This document shows positions 56,771 through 64,000 of a stretch of 64,000 nt of DNA, in pieces. Position numbers and translations under genes: made by a program. The notes beneath the pieces are model-generated. The model saw nothing but the letters and a program-made list of their open reading frames with translations, searched no databases and was not told the origin of the DNA. Every line of letters begins with the position of its first letter. The first letter of the stretch is position 1. Where the stretch lies: NCBI GenBank assembly GCA_049584655.1, contig JBAUYF010000027.1, forward strand, positions 139,836-203,835, written 5' to 3'. The DNA comes from Thermoplasmata archaeon (GTDB lineage Archaea; Thermoplasmatota; Thermoplasmata; Lutacidiplasmatales; UBA184).

Positions 56771-59650
56771 ATGGATCGCGCACGCGAGGCCTACTGGCAG
56801 GCGGCTTGGGCCCAGGAGCATCTGAGCGTATCGACCCGAATTCCCGGTCGAGAGAAATTTTACGCTCTCGTCGCGTATCCCGGTACCAGCGGGTTCCTCC
56901 ACGTAGGTCATCTTCGTGGTCTCGCGATCGCCGACGCGCTGCATCGTTATCACCGGATGCTCGGCCACCAGGTTTTCTTTCCGACCGGGGCGCACGCTTC
57001 CGGACTCCCGGCCGTGACTTTTGCCCAACGCATTCGCGACCGCGATCCGGCGACGCTGCAACAGCTGGAAAGCCACGGGATCGACCCAATCGACTGGCCT
57101 CATCTCGAGGATCCCGTAGCGACGGCTCGCATGCTCGGGCAGAGCTACCTGCGAACGTTTCGACGGGCCGGGTTCCTGGTCGACGAAAGCGCCTATGTCA
57201 CGACAGTCGACGATGACTACGAAGCGTTCATCCGCTGGCAGTTCCACCGCCTGCACGACCGCCACGCGTTGGTCCAAGCCCCGCATTTTTCGGCGGTGTG
57301 CCCGGTCTGCGGTCCCGTCTCCGTCGATCCGTCGGAGACGGATCTGTCGACCGGTGGCGACGCGGAGGTCATTCGGTACACCACGGTGCCCTTCGCCCTT
57401 GAAGATGGTCGGATCCTCTTGGCCGCCACGCTTCGCCCGGAGACCGTGTTTGGCGTTACCAACCTCTGGCTCGCGCCGGACGAAACCTTGGTCGTTTGGC
57501 ATCACGAACACAGCGAGTTCCTCGTCGCGCGACCCAGTGCGGAGCGGTTGATCGAACAGCATGGTGGGAAAATCGGCCACGAGACCCCGGCCAAGGATCT
57601 CGTGTCGCGAACCGTTTCCGTTCCGCTTTCAGATCGTCGTGTGCCGATCCTGGTGAGCAAGCTCGTTGACCCGCAGATCGGTACTGGGGTCGTGATGTCT
57701 GTTCCGGCGCATGCGCCGGTCGACCATCTGGGCCTCCTCGAGCTATCGCAAGCGGATCGGGCACGACTGGGTGAGGTTCCTGTCATCATCTCCTTGCCGA
57801 ACCCTGATGGGTGGGCCGCCTCGGAGCGCGCCCTGTATGCGGGAGGGGGTACCCCCGCGGAACGCGCTGTTCGGGCCACGGGCGCTCGCTCGCTGGCAGA
57901 TGTCGCGGCGTTGGGGGAAGCAACCGAACGGCTGTACCGTCTCGAATTGGGCCGGGGGCGAATGTCGACCTCGGACTACTCCGGCGAGTCGGTCGCGATC
58001 GCGCGGGAGAAAGTCGCGGCCTCCGTGAAATCGTTGGGGACGAGTTTCGATCTCCAGGAGTTCTCCAAGCCGGTGATCTGTCGGAATGGGCACCAAGTCG
58101 TGATTCGTCGGGTCCCCGAGCAATGGTTCCTGCATTACGGCGACCGTGCGTGGAAGGATCAGACCCTCGACCTCGTCGGCCGAATGACGATCCGACCGGA
58201 GGATTACGCGAAGGAGCTCCCGAGCATCCTCGAGTGGTTCCAAGATCGCCCGTGCACTCGACGCGGTCGTTGGTTGGGCACTCCATTCCCATATGATCCG
58301 GATTGGATCATCGAGCCGATCGCCGACTCGACTCTCTACCCCGCGTACTTCGTGATTCGACGGTACGTCCAGAACGGACGCCTTCAGCTCTCCCAATTGA
58401 CGGACGCGTTCTTTGACTCCGTCATCCTGGGAACCGGCGACGGGGAGCCGTCCGTCGAAGCGAGCCTGCGCGAAGAGCTCCGCAGCGAATTCCTGTACTG
58501 GTATCCGCTCGACCTCAATATTGGCGGGAAGGAGCACAAGCGCGTTCACTTCCCGGTCTTCCTGTATACGCATGCCCTTCTCCTACCCCGCGAGCTCGAG
58601 CCCCACGGACTCTTTGTCCACTGGTGGATGACCGGGGAAGCCGGAGCGAAGCTCTCGAAGAAGCAAGTCGGCCGTGGGGGCGCGATGGTCGGCATCGACG
58701 AAGCGTTCCAGGAGTGGGGCGCCGATGCGTTAAGGCTCTTCCATGCCACAGGCGCTTCCCCTTTCCAGGACGTCGAATGGAACCCCGAACAAGTCGAGGT
58801 AGCCCGAACGCGATTGGAAGAAATTGAGCGAATGGTGCCGGGCATGTTCCGCTCGGGAGATGGACCTCCCGAGTTGGACGCATGGCTCGCCTCCGAGATG
58901 CACGAGATCGTCAGAGCGGTACGGACGCATTTCGAGACCGTTTCGATACGGGAGGCGGCGGAGCTCGTCTATGTCCGAATCCCGAATTTGATTCGTCGTT
59001 ACGCGACGCGGGGCGGGACCTCCGGTCGATTGCTCGAACAGATCGCTCGCGCGTGGATTCGAATGCTAGTGCCAATCACGCCGCATCTGGCAGAAGAGCT
59101 CGGCGAGCACCACTTTCCGGGTTTGGTGAGTGTACAACCGTTTCCGACAGCGGACGAGTTCGAAACGAACCCCGCGGCCCTGGAGGAGGAGGCCTTTCTC
59201 GAGCGCCTCGAAGACGACCTTCGCGCCGTGATGCGTGCCGCCACCGATCGCGGGCAACATCTCGACGAAGCGGTCTTCTACGTGGCCGCGCCGTGGAAGC
59301 GCACGGTCGAGGGTTGGATGCGCGAGGTGACGGAGGCGGGACGTCTGCCCTCCGTCGCTGAAATGATGCAGCAGGTCGCCCGCCATCCGGAGCTCGCCGC
59401 CTACCGGGCTGAGATCCCCGCGTATGTCCAACGGGTGACGCCGCAACTCCGATCCGAACCTGCCCTATCCCCAATCGTCCTCGACGAGCACCGCGCCCTC
59501 CGCACGTCGGAAGGGTATCTCCTACGTCGTTTCCAACTTCGGCAGATCTCGGTATACCCCGAGGCCGAGGCGGCGGCGCACGACCCCAAAGGCCGCCGCG
59601 AACGGGCCCGGCCGGGCCGACCGGCCTTCTACCTCCTGACGGCGGTCTAG
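56771..59650 (+). CDS. leuS: leucyl-tRNA synthetase, archaeal/eukaryotic type
   Basis: HIGH motif LHVGHLRG in the context YPGTSGFLHVGHLRGLAIADALHRYHRMLGHQVFFPTGAHASGLP, KMSKS-like KLSKKQ, and 959 aa in length. Confidence 0.8.
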   Translation: MDRAREAYWQAAWAQEHLSVSTRIPGREKFYALVAYPGTSGFLHVGHLRGLAIADALHRYHRMLGHQVFFPTGAHASGLPAVTFAQRIRDRDPATLQQLESHGIDPIDWPHLEDPVATARMLGQSYLRTFRRAGFLVDESAYVTTVDDDYEAFIRWQFHRLHDRHALVQAPHFSAVCPVCGPVSVDPSETDLSTGGDAEVIRYTTVPFALEDGRILLAATLRPETVFGVTNLWLAPDETLVVWHHEHSEFLVARPSAERLIEQHGGKIGHETPAKDLVSRTVSVPLSDRRVPILVSKLVDPQIGTGVVMSVPAHAPVDHLGLLELSQADRARLGEVPVIISLPNPDGWAASERALYAGGGTPAERAVRATGARSLADVAALGEATERLYRLELGRGRMSTSDYSGESVAIAREKVAASVKSLGTSFDLQEFSKPVICRNGHQVVIRRVPEQWFLHYGDRAWKDQTLDLVGRMTIRPEDYAKELPSILEWFQDRPCTRRGRWLGTPFPYDPDWIIEPIADSTLYPAYFVIRRYVQNGRLQLSQLTDAFFDSVILGTGDGEPSVEASLREELRSEFLYWYPLDLNIGGKEHKRVHFPVFLYTHALLLPRELEPHGLFVHWWMTGEAGAKLSKKQVGRGGAMVGIDEAFQEWGADALRLFHATGASPFQDVEWNPEQVEVARTRLEEIERMVPGMFRSGDGPPELDAWLASEMHEIVRAVRTHFETVSIREAAELVYVRIPNLIRRYATRGGTSGRLLEQIARAWIRMLVPITPHLAEELGEHHFPGLVSVQPFPTADEFETNPAALEEEAFLERLEDDLRAVMRAATDRGQHLDEAVFYVAAPWKRTVEGWMREVTEAGRLPSVAEMMQQVARHPELAAYRAEIPAYVQRVTPQLRSEPALSPIVLDEHRALRTSEGYLLRRFQLRQISVYPEAEAAAHDPKGRRERARPGRPAFYLLTAV

Positions 59651-60222
59651 CGAGTGGATCGTTTCCGCGTCTTGCGGGGCGAGGCGGCGGGAAAATTCAG
59701 ATGCATCCGGGAGGGGATCGGGTGCCGAGAAATGGTGCGGTATTTCGCCGAGGCTTTCTTGGAGTAGCTTCGAGCGACCGGTCCGGAGATTTCGAAATAA
59801 ATCAATTGCCCAACAGGCATGCCCGCGTACACCCGAACCGGGAGCTTGACCGACATCTCGAGTGTCCAGTAGTTGCAGAACCCTTCGTCGCCCTTCCCGG
59901 CGGTTGAGTGGATATCGATCCCCAAACGTCCCACACTCGATTTACCCTCCAGGAACGGTACGAATCCATGCGTTTCCGTATACTCTTCCGTGACACCGAG
60001 ATACAATTGTCCGGGAACTAGGACGAACCCCTCCTTCGGAATACGGAACTCATGAATCGGATTTGCCCGTTGGGAATCCAACGCTCCTTCGCGATACGTT
60101 GCGAGATACGGCCCGAGGTGCACGTCATACGAATTCGTTCCAAGACAGCTGGACCGAAATGGTCGAACGACGATATTCCCGCGCCGCATCTCGGCGCGGA
60201 TCTTGGTGTCACTCAGGATCAT
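59647..60222 (-). CDS. dcd: dCTP deaminase (Dcd/dUTPase fold)
   Basis: N-terminus MILSDTKIRAEM..G.IVV.P and NSYDVHLG. The C-terminal 25 aa are basic and overlap the leuS stop by 4 nt. Confidence 0.85.
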   Translation of the reverse strand: MILSDTKIRAEMRRGNIVVRPFRSSCLGTNSYDVHLGPYLATYREGALDSQRANPIHEFRIPKEGFVLVPGQLYLGVTEEYTETHGFVPFLEGKSSVGRLGIDIHSTAGKGDEGFCNYWTLEMSVKLPVRVYAGMPVGQLIYFEISGPVARSYSKKASAKYRTISRHPIPSRMHLNFPAASPRKTRKRSTR

Positions 60223-60304
60223 GCGAGACGGCGGCGGCGAACTCGGGGTTCTATTTAATGGAGCAAGCAGCCGGTGGATTTCGGCCGGTCGAGGATCAGG
60301 TCAG

Positions 60305-61156
60305 CTATGCGCGAGTCAGGGTGATTGCGGCGTACCCCACAACCTCTGACATTGGTGTCACCTCACCCGAATGGCCCCATCGCAATAGGGTTGGAGTCAG
60401 TGATTCGTTCTGCAGGGCATCGAGGAGAACGGTTGTGGGGGCGATGCCGCACATCGAGATGTCGTGCTGTGCGACCGTGGCGTAGAGACTCTTCGGGTCA
60501 GCCCGAAGGATCTCCGAAATCGCCAGATGGTCCAGTCGATCCGCCTCGGTAGCGGGCACGTAGTGTGAAAAATCAGTCGAGGCGAGTACGAGGATATCGG
60601 GGCGGGCCGCGACAACCGACCGGACCGCGATGGCAATCTCGTGAAGGGAGTCGTAGGACCCGTATCGGACCATCAGCGGAACGAATCGCGGGTGGGGAAG
60701 AACATACTGAAGGAAGGGAAGCTGGACTTCGATCGAGTACTCGAGCGCCTGAGCCCTCTCGTTGATCACAATGGGGGGCTCCGCCAATTGGCCCACCACG
60801 TCGTTATCGATTTCGACCGGCCCGAGCGGCGTCAGCCAATCCTCATTCGAGGTTGCGGCCCGGACCGGACCCCCGTGGTGATCGACTCCGAGGATCAGAA
60901 CGGTCGTCGGGGGCTCTTCCGCCGCTATCGCGGCGTAGACGTAGGCGGCGATGGGTCCTGAATAGAGGTAGCCGGCATGTGGGACGATCGCAGCTCGTAG
61001 TCGACGGGGCTTAGTCCGATGGTGCGGGGGAAGATGACCCGGTCCCCTGGGGTCCAGGAAGCAGCTCTCGATTTGTTTCGCGAGCCGTTGTCCGTCCAAC
61101 TCGTAGAATTGGCCGGCCACGACCGGCGAACGTAGTTTCGCCACAGGGGCCCTCAC
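60305..61156 (-). CDS. MEMO1-family protein (AmmeMemoRadiSam system protein B)
   Basis: PHAGYLYSGPIAAYVY, HSIEVQLPFLQ, and a C-terminal DHH-like fold. The AMMECR1 and radical-SAM partners are not in this window. Confidence 0.8.
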   Translation of the reverse strand: MRAPVAKLRSPVVAGQFYELDGQRLAKQIESCFLDPRGPGHLPPHHRTKPRRLRAAIVPHAGYLYSGPIAAYVYAAIAAEEPPTTVLILGVDHHGGPVRAATSNEDWLTPLGPVEIDNDVVGQLAEPPIVINERAQALEYSIEVQLPFLQYVLPHPRFVPLMVRYGSYDSLHEIAIAVRSVVAARPDILVLASTDFSHYVPATEADRLDHLAISEILRADPKSLYATVAQHDISMCGIAPTTVLLDALQNESLTPTLLRWGHSGEVTPMSEVVGYAAITLTRA

Positions 61157-61575
61157 GGGGCAGATAGTTGGGCAGTCAGTTCGCGAGCTTCGGCCTCGCC
61201 GAGTCGAATCCGGGGTTGTCGGCCGAATGGGTTCGCCTCCCCGTATCGAGGGATGATGTGAAAGTGAAGATGGAAAATGACCTGTCCCGCCTTAGCCCCT
61301 TGATTCATCGCGACGTTGTAGTCACTCGACAGTCGTTCGACTCGTTGACAAACCGCGCTCAGGGCACGCAAGTAGTCCGCATGTTCGTCGTTCCGTAGAT
61401 CGGTGAGTCGGGGCACGTGGCGCTTCGGTACGACCAGCAAATGGCCCCGCGTAAAGGGGAACAGGTCGAGGAAGGCCATCGCATGCGGGTCCTCGTAGAC
61501 GACGTACGCTGGGGCGCGCCCGGCGACTATCTCGCAAAAGATGCACCGCTCGGACGTCGATTCCGGCGGGCTCAT
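61153..61575 (-). CDS. HIT (histidine triad) family hydrolase
   Basis: CIFCEIVAG...HLLVVPKRHV...HLHFHIIPR. Confidence 0.85.
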   Translation of the reverse strand: MSPPESTSERCIFCEIVAGRAPAYVVYEDPHAMAFLDLFPFTRGHLLVVPKRHVPRLTDLRNDEHADYLRALSAVCQRVERLSSDYNVAMNQGAKAGQVIFHLHFHIIPRYGEANPFGRQPRIRLGEAEARELTAQLSAP

Positions 61576-61676
61576 AACGCAGGCACTGACCCCCGAGATA
61601 AAGAGTTGGCGCGGGCGGACACGTTCTCACGAATCCCCCACGGTTATCTGCCGTGCGCATCTTGTACATTCTGATA

Positions 61677-64000
61677 ATGCGCGGACCGACGCTCGCTCTC
61701 GTTTTCCTGACGGTCGTACTCTTGCTCGCGGTTCCGGCGTCGGGCTTGGCACCCCGTGACGCGTCCGCCTCCGCTGCCCCGACCCCGAGCGTGTCCGGGT
61801 TCATGACCGATGCCACACCCATTCCATCCGGCGAAGCGACTCGGCCCCTTGCTTCGTCCGCGGAGGTTGACATCACGCTGACGCTTGCCCCCCAAGATCC
61901 GGCGGCGCTCAACGTCCTCCTTAACGAATTGTCCGATCCGTCAGCGCCCGAGTACCGGCATTATCTGACGGAGTCGGAGTTCGAGCAACGAATTGCACCG
62001 ACGGCGAGAACCCTCCAGTCGGTTGAATCCATTCTCGCGCAATCAGGAGGACGCGGGATCCAGGCCACCCCGGACCGAATGGGAGTTACCGCGACGATGG
62101 CCGTGCAATCGATTGATACCGCTTTCCACACCACTCTCGTTCAGTATCGGACGCCAACGGGCCGATCGGTCTATACGACGATGATGCCACCCGTACTGCC
62201 CTCGTCACTCGAGGGACAGGTGGTCGGCGCCGGAGGATTCAGCGATCTCTCAAATGTGGCTTCTGCGGTCGCCGCTACGCTCGTCTCTCAGCGGGAGGGG
62301 CGGGTCGCTTCGGCGCCAAGCTCGTTCGTTGTAGATCCCCCCACTGGCGACCAGTGGTTCCTCGGATCCGACTTCACGCAAGCGTACGGTGTGAGCAGCT
62401 TGTTTCCCAGCAACTCCTCGAGTCCCAACGCTTCTTTCGGGGCCGGCGAAGCGATCGCGACCCTGCTGGCATCGGCGTACAATGTCACGATCGGGGCGAA
62501 TCTTCCGCCGTGGGACCCGACCGTCCTTCAAGAATACTTCAACGACACGCTTCCGTCGTGGTGGCCCGTGCCTCAGTACACTGGGGTCCCAGTTCCGATC
62601 GCGGGTTACTCGACGGCACCCGCACCCGGCTACTTCGGGAATTGGAGCGACGACACGTCCGACGAGCTCGAGAATTCCTTGGATCTCGAGATGGCGGGCA
62701 GTCTCGCCCCGGGCGCGTCCCTTTACAATTTTTACATCCCCGGCAGCGTGTTCGTAGGCAACCCAACCTATTCGGATCTCGCGGACGACCTCGCCCAGGG
62801 TCTTGCCTCGGCTCTCTCCTACAACTACGAGGCGGACCAGCTGGCGGTCGTGAGTGGTTCCTTCGGTCTCCCCGACCTGAACGATTCGATGTGGGATGCG
62901 GAGTTGATGCACGCGGCGGCGATCGGGGCGACAGTCGTTGCATCGAGCGGCGATGCGGGCAATGCCCCCAATTCACTTACGGGGGGTGAGGACGGCCAGT
63001 GGCCGGTTTGGCCGGCCTCGGCGGGGTTCTCCTCCTTCGGCTCCGTGGCGGTCGGCGGCACCGAGATCGAGCTTCTGGGGAGCCCCGCGGGTACCTGGAA
63101 TGGGACGGACCTCAACGCGAGTTTCGACGCGCGGGCCGGGACGATCCTCTCGCAGGCGACATGGTATCAGACTTCGTTTGCGGGCGTCGCCGGGAGTGAG
63201 GGAGGCATCAGTACGGTTTACCCTGAACCATCATGGCAGATGCATTCCGCCGCGCAACCGGCCATCGTCAATGCCACCATCCTTCAAGGCGCCGGTTCGC
63301 TCGGGCGATCCGAGCCGGACGTCGCGTTCGTGGCGAATTCCACGATCGCCTATGTCGAGCGAAATGCCTCGGGAACCTTCTTCACGTTGCTCGGGGGCAC
63401 GAGCGTGGCAGCTCCCGTCTTCGCCGGAATCTTAGCCGTACTGGCGGGCAGTTCCCATCATCTCTTTGGTTACATCGACCCCGAGCTCTACCGGATCGCA
63501 AGTTTCTACGCCCAGAATCCGGGGCCTGATGACCCGTTCGAGGATGTCACCCAAGGGTCCAACTACGTCTTCTCGGCCGGTCCGGGCTGGGACGCGACCA
63601 CCGGCTGGGGCTCGATCGCCCCGTCGGCTTTCCTCGCCGCCGACGCGAATCCTGCCATTCAGAACTATACGTACACGGGACCGGTGCCCCTGCTTCCCCC
63701 GTCGAGCAGCCCCACAAGCCCCATTCCAATATCCCTCCTGTTCGTCATCATCGGAGTTGCCCTCGCCGTCGCGGTCGTACTGATCATCGTCTTCGGACGA
63801 ACCAAGCAGCCCACCGGACCGATCATTCCGCCGCCGGGCAGTTATGGATGGCCCTCTACCTCCTACGGGGTGCTACTGCCTCCACCAACCCCTCCCCCGC
63901 TCGCAGGTGCGACCGTGGGAACCTCAGGAATGTTGGCCTGTCCGTATTGCGGCGGACCCCGTCCCTCCGAACCGGTCCGTTGCCCGTACTGTGGGCAACT
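61677..64000 (+). CDS. S53 (sedolisin/kumamolisin-type) serine peptidase precursor with signal peptide, pro-domain, C-terminal TM anchor and cytoplasmic Pro-rich CPYC-x12-CPYC zinc-ribbon tail; 3' end beyond window
   Basis: Signal peptide MRGPTLALVFLTVVLLLAVPASG, an S53 propeptide-like region (LNELSDPSAPEYRHYLTESEFEQR), the catalytic Ser motif LLGGTSVAAPVFAGI, at least 14 N-glycosylation sequons, a TM (LLFVIIGVALAVAVVLIIVF), then PPPGSYGWP...PPPTPPP...CPYCGGPRPSEPVRCPYCGQ. Absent from the ORF track because there is no stop in the window. Confidence 0.75.
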   Translation, partial: MRGPTLALVFLTVVLLLAVPASGLAPRDASASAAPTPSVSGFMTDATPIPSGEATRPLASSAEVDITLTLAPQDPAALNVLLNELSDPSAPEYRHYLTESEFEQRIAPTARTLQSVESILAQSGGRGIQATPDRMGVTATMAVQSIDTAFHTTLVQYRTPTGRSVYTTMMPPVLPSSLEGQVVGAGGFSDLSNVASAVAATLVSQREGRVASAPSSFVVDPPTGDQWFLGSDFTQAYGVSSLFPSNSSSPNASFGAGEAIATLLASAYNVTIGANLPPWDPTVLQEYFNDTLPSWWPVPQYTGVPVPIAGYSTAPAPGYFGNWSDDTSDELENSLDLEMAGSLAPGASLYNFYIPGSVFVGNPTYSDLADDLAQGLASALSYNYEADQLAVVSGSFGLPDLNDSMWDAELMHAAAIGATVVASSGDAGNAPNSLTGGEDGQWPVWPASAGFSSFGSVAVGGTEIELLGSPAGTWNGTDLNASFDARAGTILSQATWYQTSFAGVAGSEGGISTVYPEPSWQMHSAAQPAIVNATILQGAGSLGRSEPDVAFVANSTIAYVERNASGTFFTLLGGTSVAAPVFAGILAVLAGSSHHLFGYIDPELYRIASFYAQNPGPDDPFEDVTQGSNYVFSAGPGWDATTGWGSIAPSAFLAADANPAIQNYTYTGPVPLLPPSSSPTSPIPISLLFVIIGVALAVAVVLIIVFGRTKQPTGPIIPPPGSYGWPSTSYGVLLPPPTPPPLAGATVGTSGMLACPYCGGPRPSEPVRCPYCGQ

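Noticed and set aside
60305-61575. Complete AmmeMemoRadiSam system
   Set aside because: Only the Memo-like B component (with a HIT protein) is present. No AMMECR1 or partner radical-SAM gene is adjacent. queE at 56032 is a bona fide QueE.

Overview
This 64 kb window has about 66% GC and is coding-dense. It almost certainly comes from an archaeal chromosome, possibly a high-GC Thermoplasmatota-like lineage, though that placement is inference only. Archaeal hallmarks are gatD-gatE, glycerol-1-phosphate dehydrogenase (egsA) followed by a UPF0179 gene, the ftsZ-secE-spt5-rpl11 cluster, an Orc1/Cdc6 paralogue, Hel308, MptE, an archaeal-type LeuRS, a NikR-NiCoT operon, TATA-box promoters, and a tRNA with an apparent non-canonical intron. 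Most of the content is housekeeping: aconitase, NAD-dependent IDH, a bacterial-style oxidative pentose-phosphate operon (tkt / tal-pgi / HAD / gnd / zwf / pgl), QueE, Dcd, Memo-like, HIT, pirin and glycosyltransferases. A TPP riboswitch precedes a thiBPQ-type ABC transporter. I found no CRISPR array, integrase, transposase or rRNA. All three stop codons are used; TAG ends gatE, nikR, egsA, gnd and zwf, so amber recoding is unlikely. Many long Arg/Gly/Pro-rich ORFs in the six-frame track are antisense or out-of-frame high-GC artefacts and are not reported as genes. I see no single obvious novel multi-gene system. The most unusual items are an Spt5/NusG with a 180-aa N-terminal extension, an Orc1/Cdc6 paralogue with a degenerate Walker A next to Hel308, a histone-H1-like KP-rich small protein, an in-frame amber codon in a conserved yjbQ gene, and several membrane proteins carrying proline-rich cytoplasmic tails, including an S53 protease with a cytoplasmic zinc-ribbon tail.
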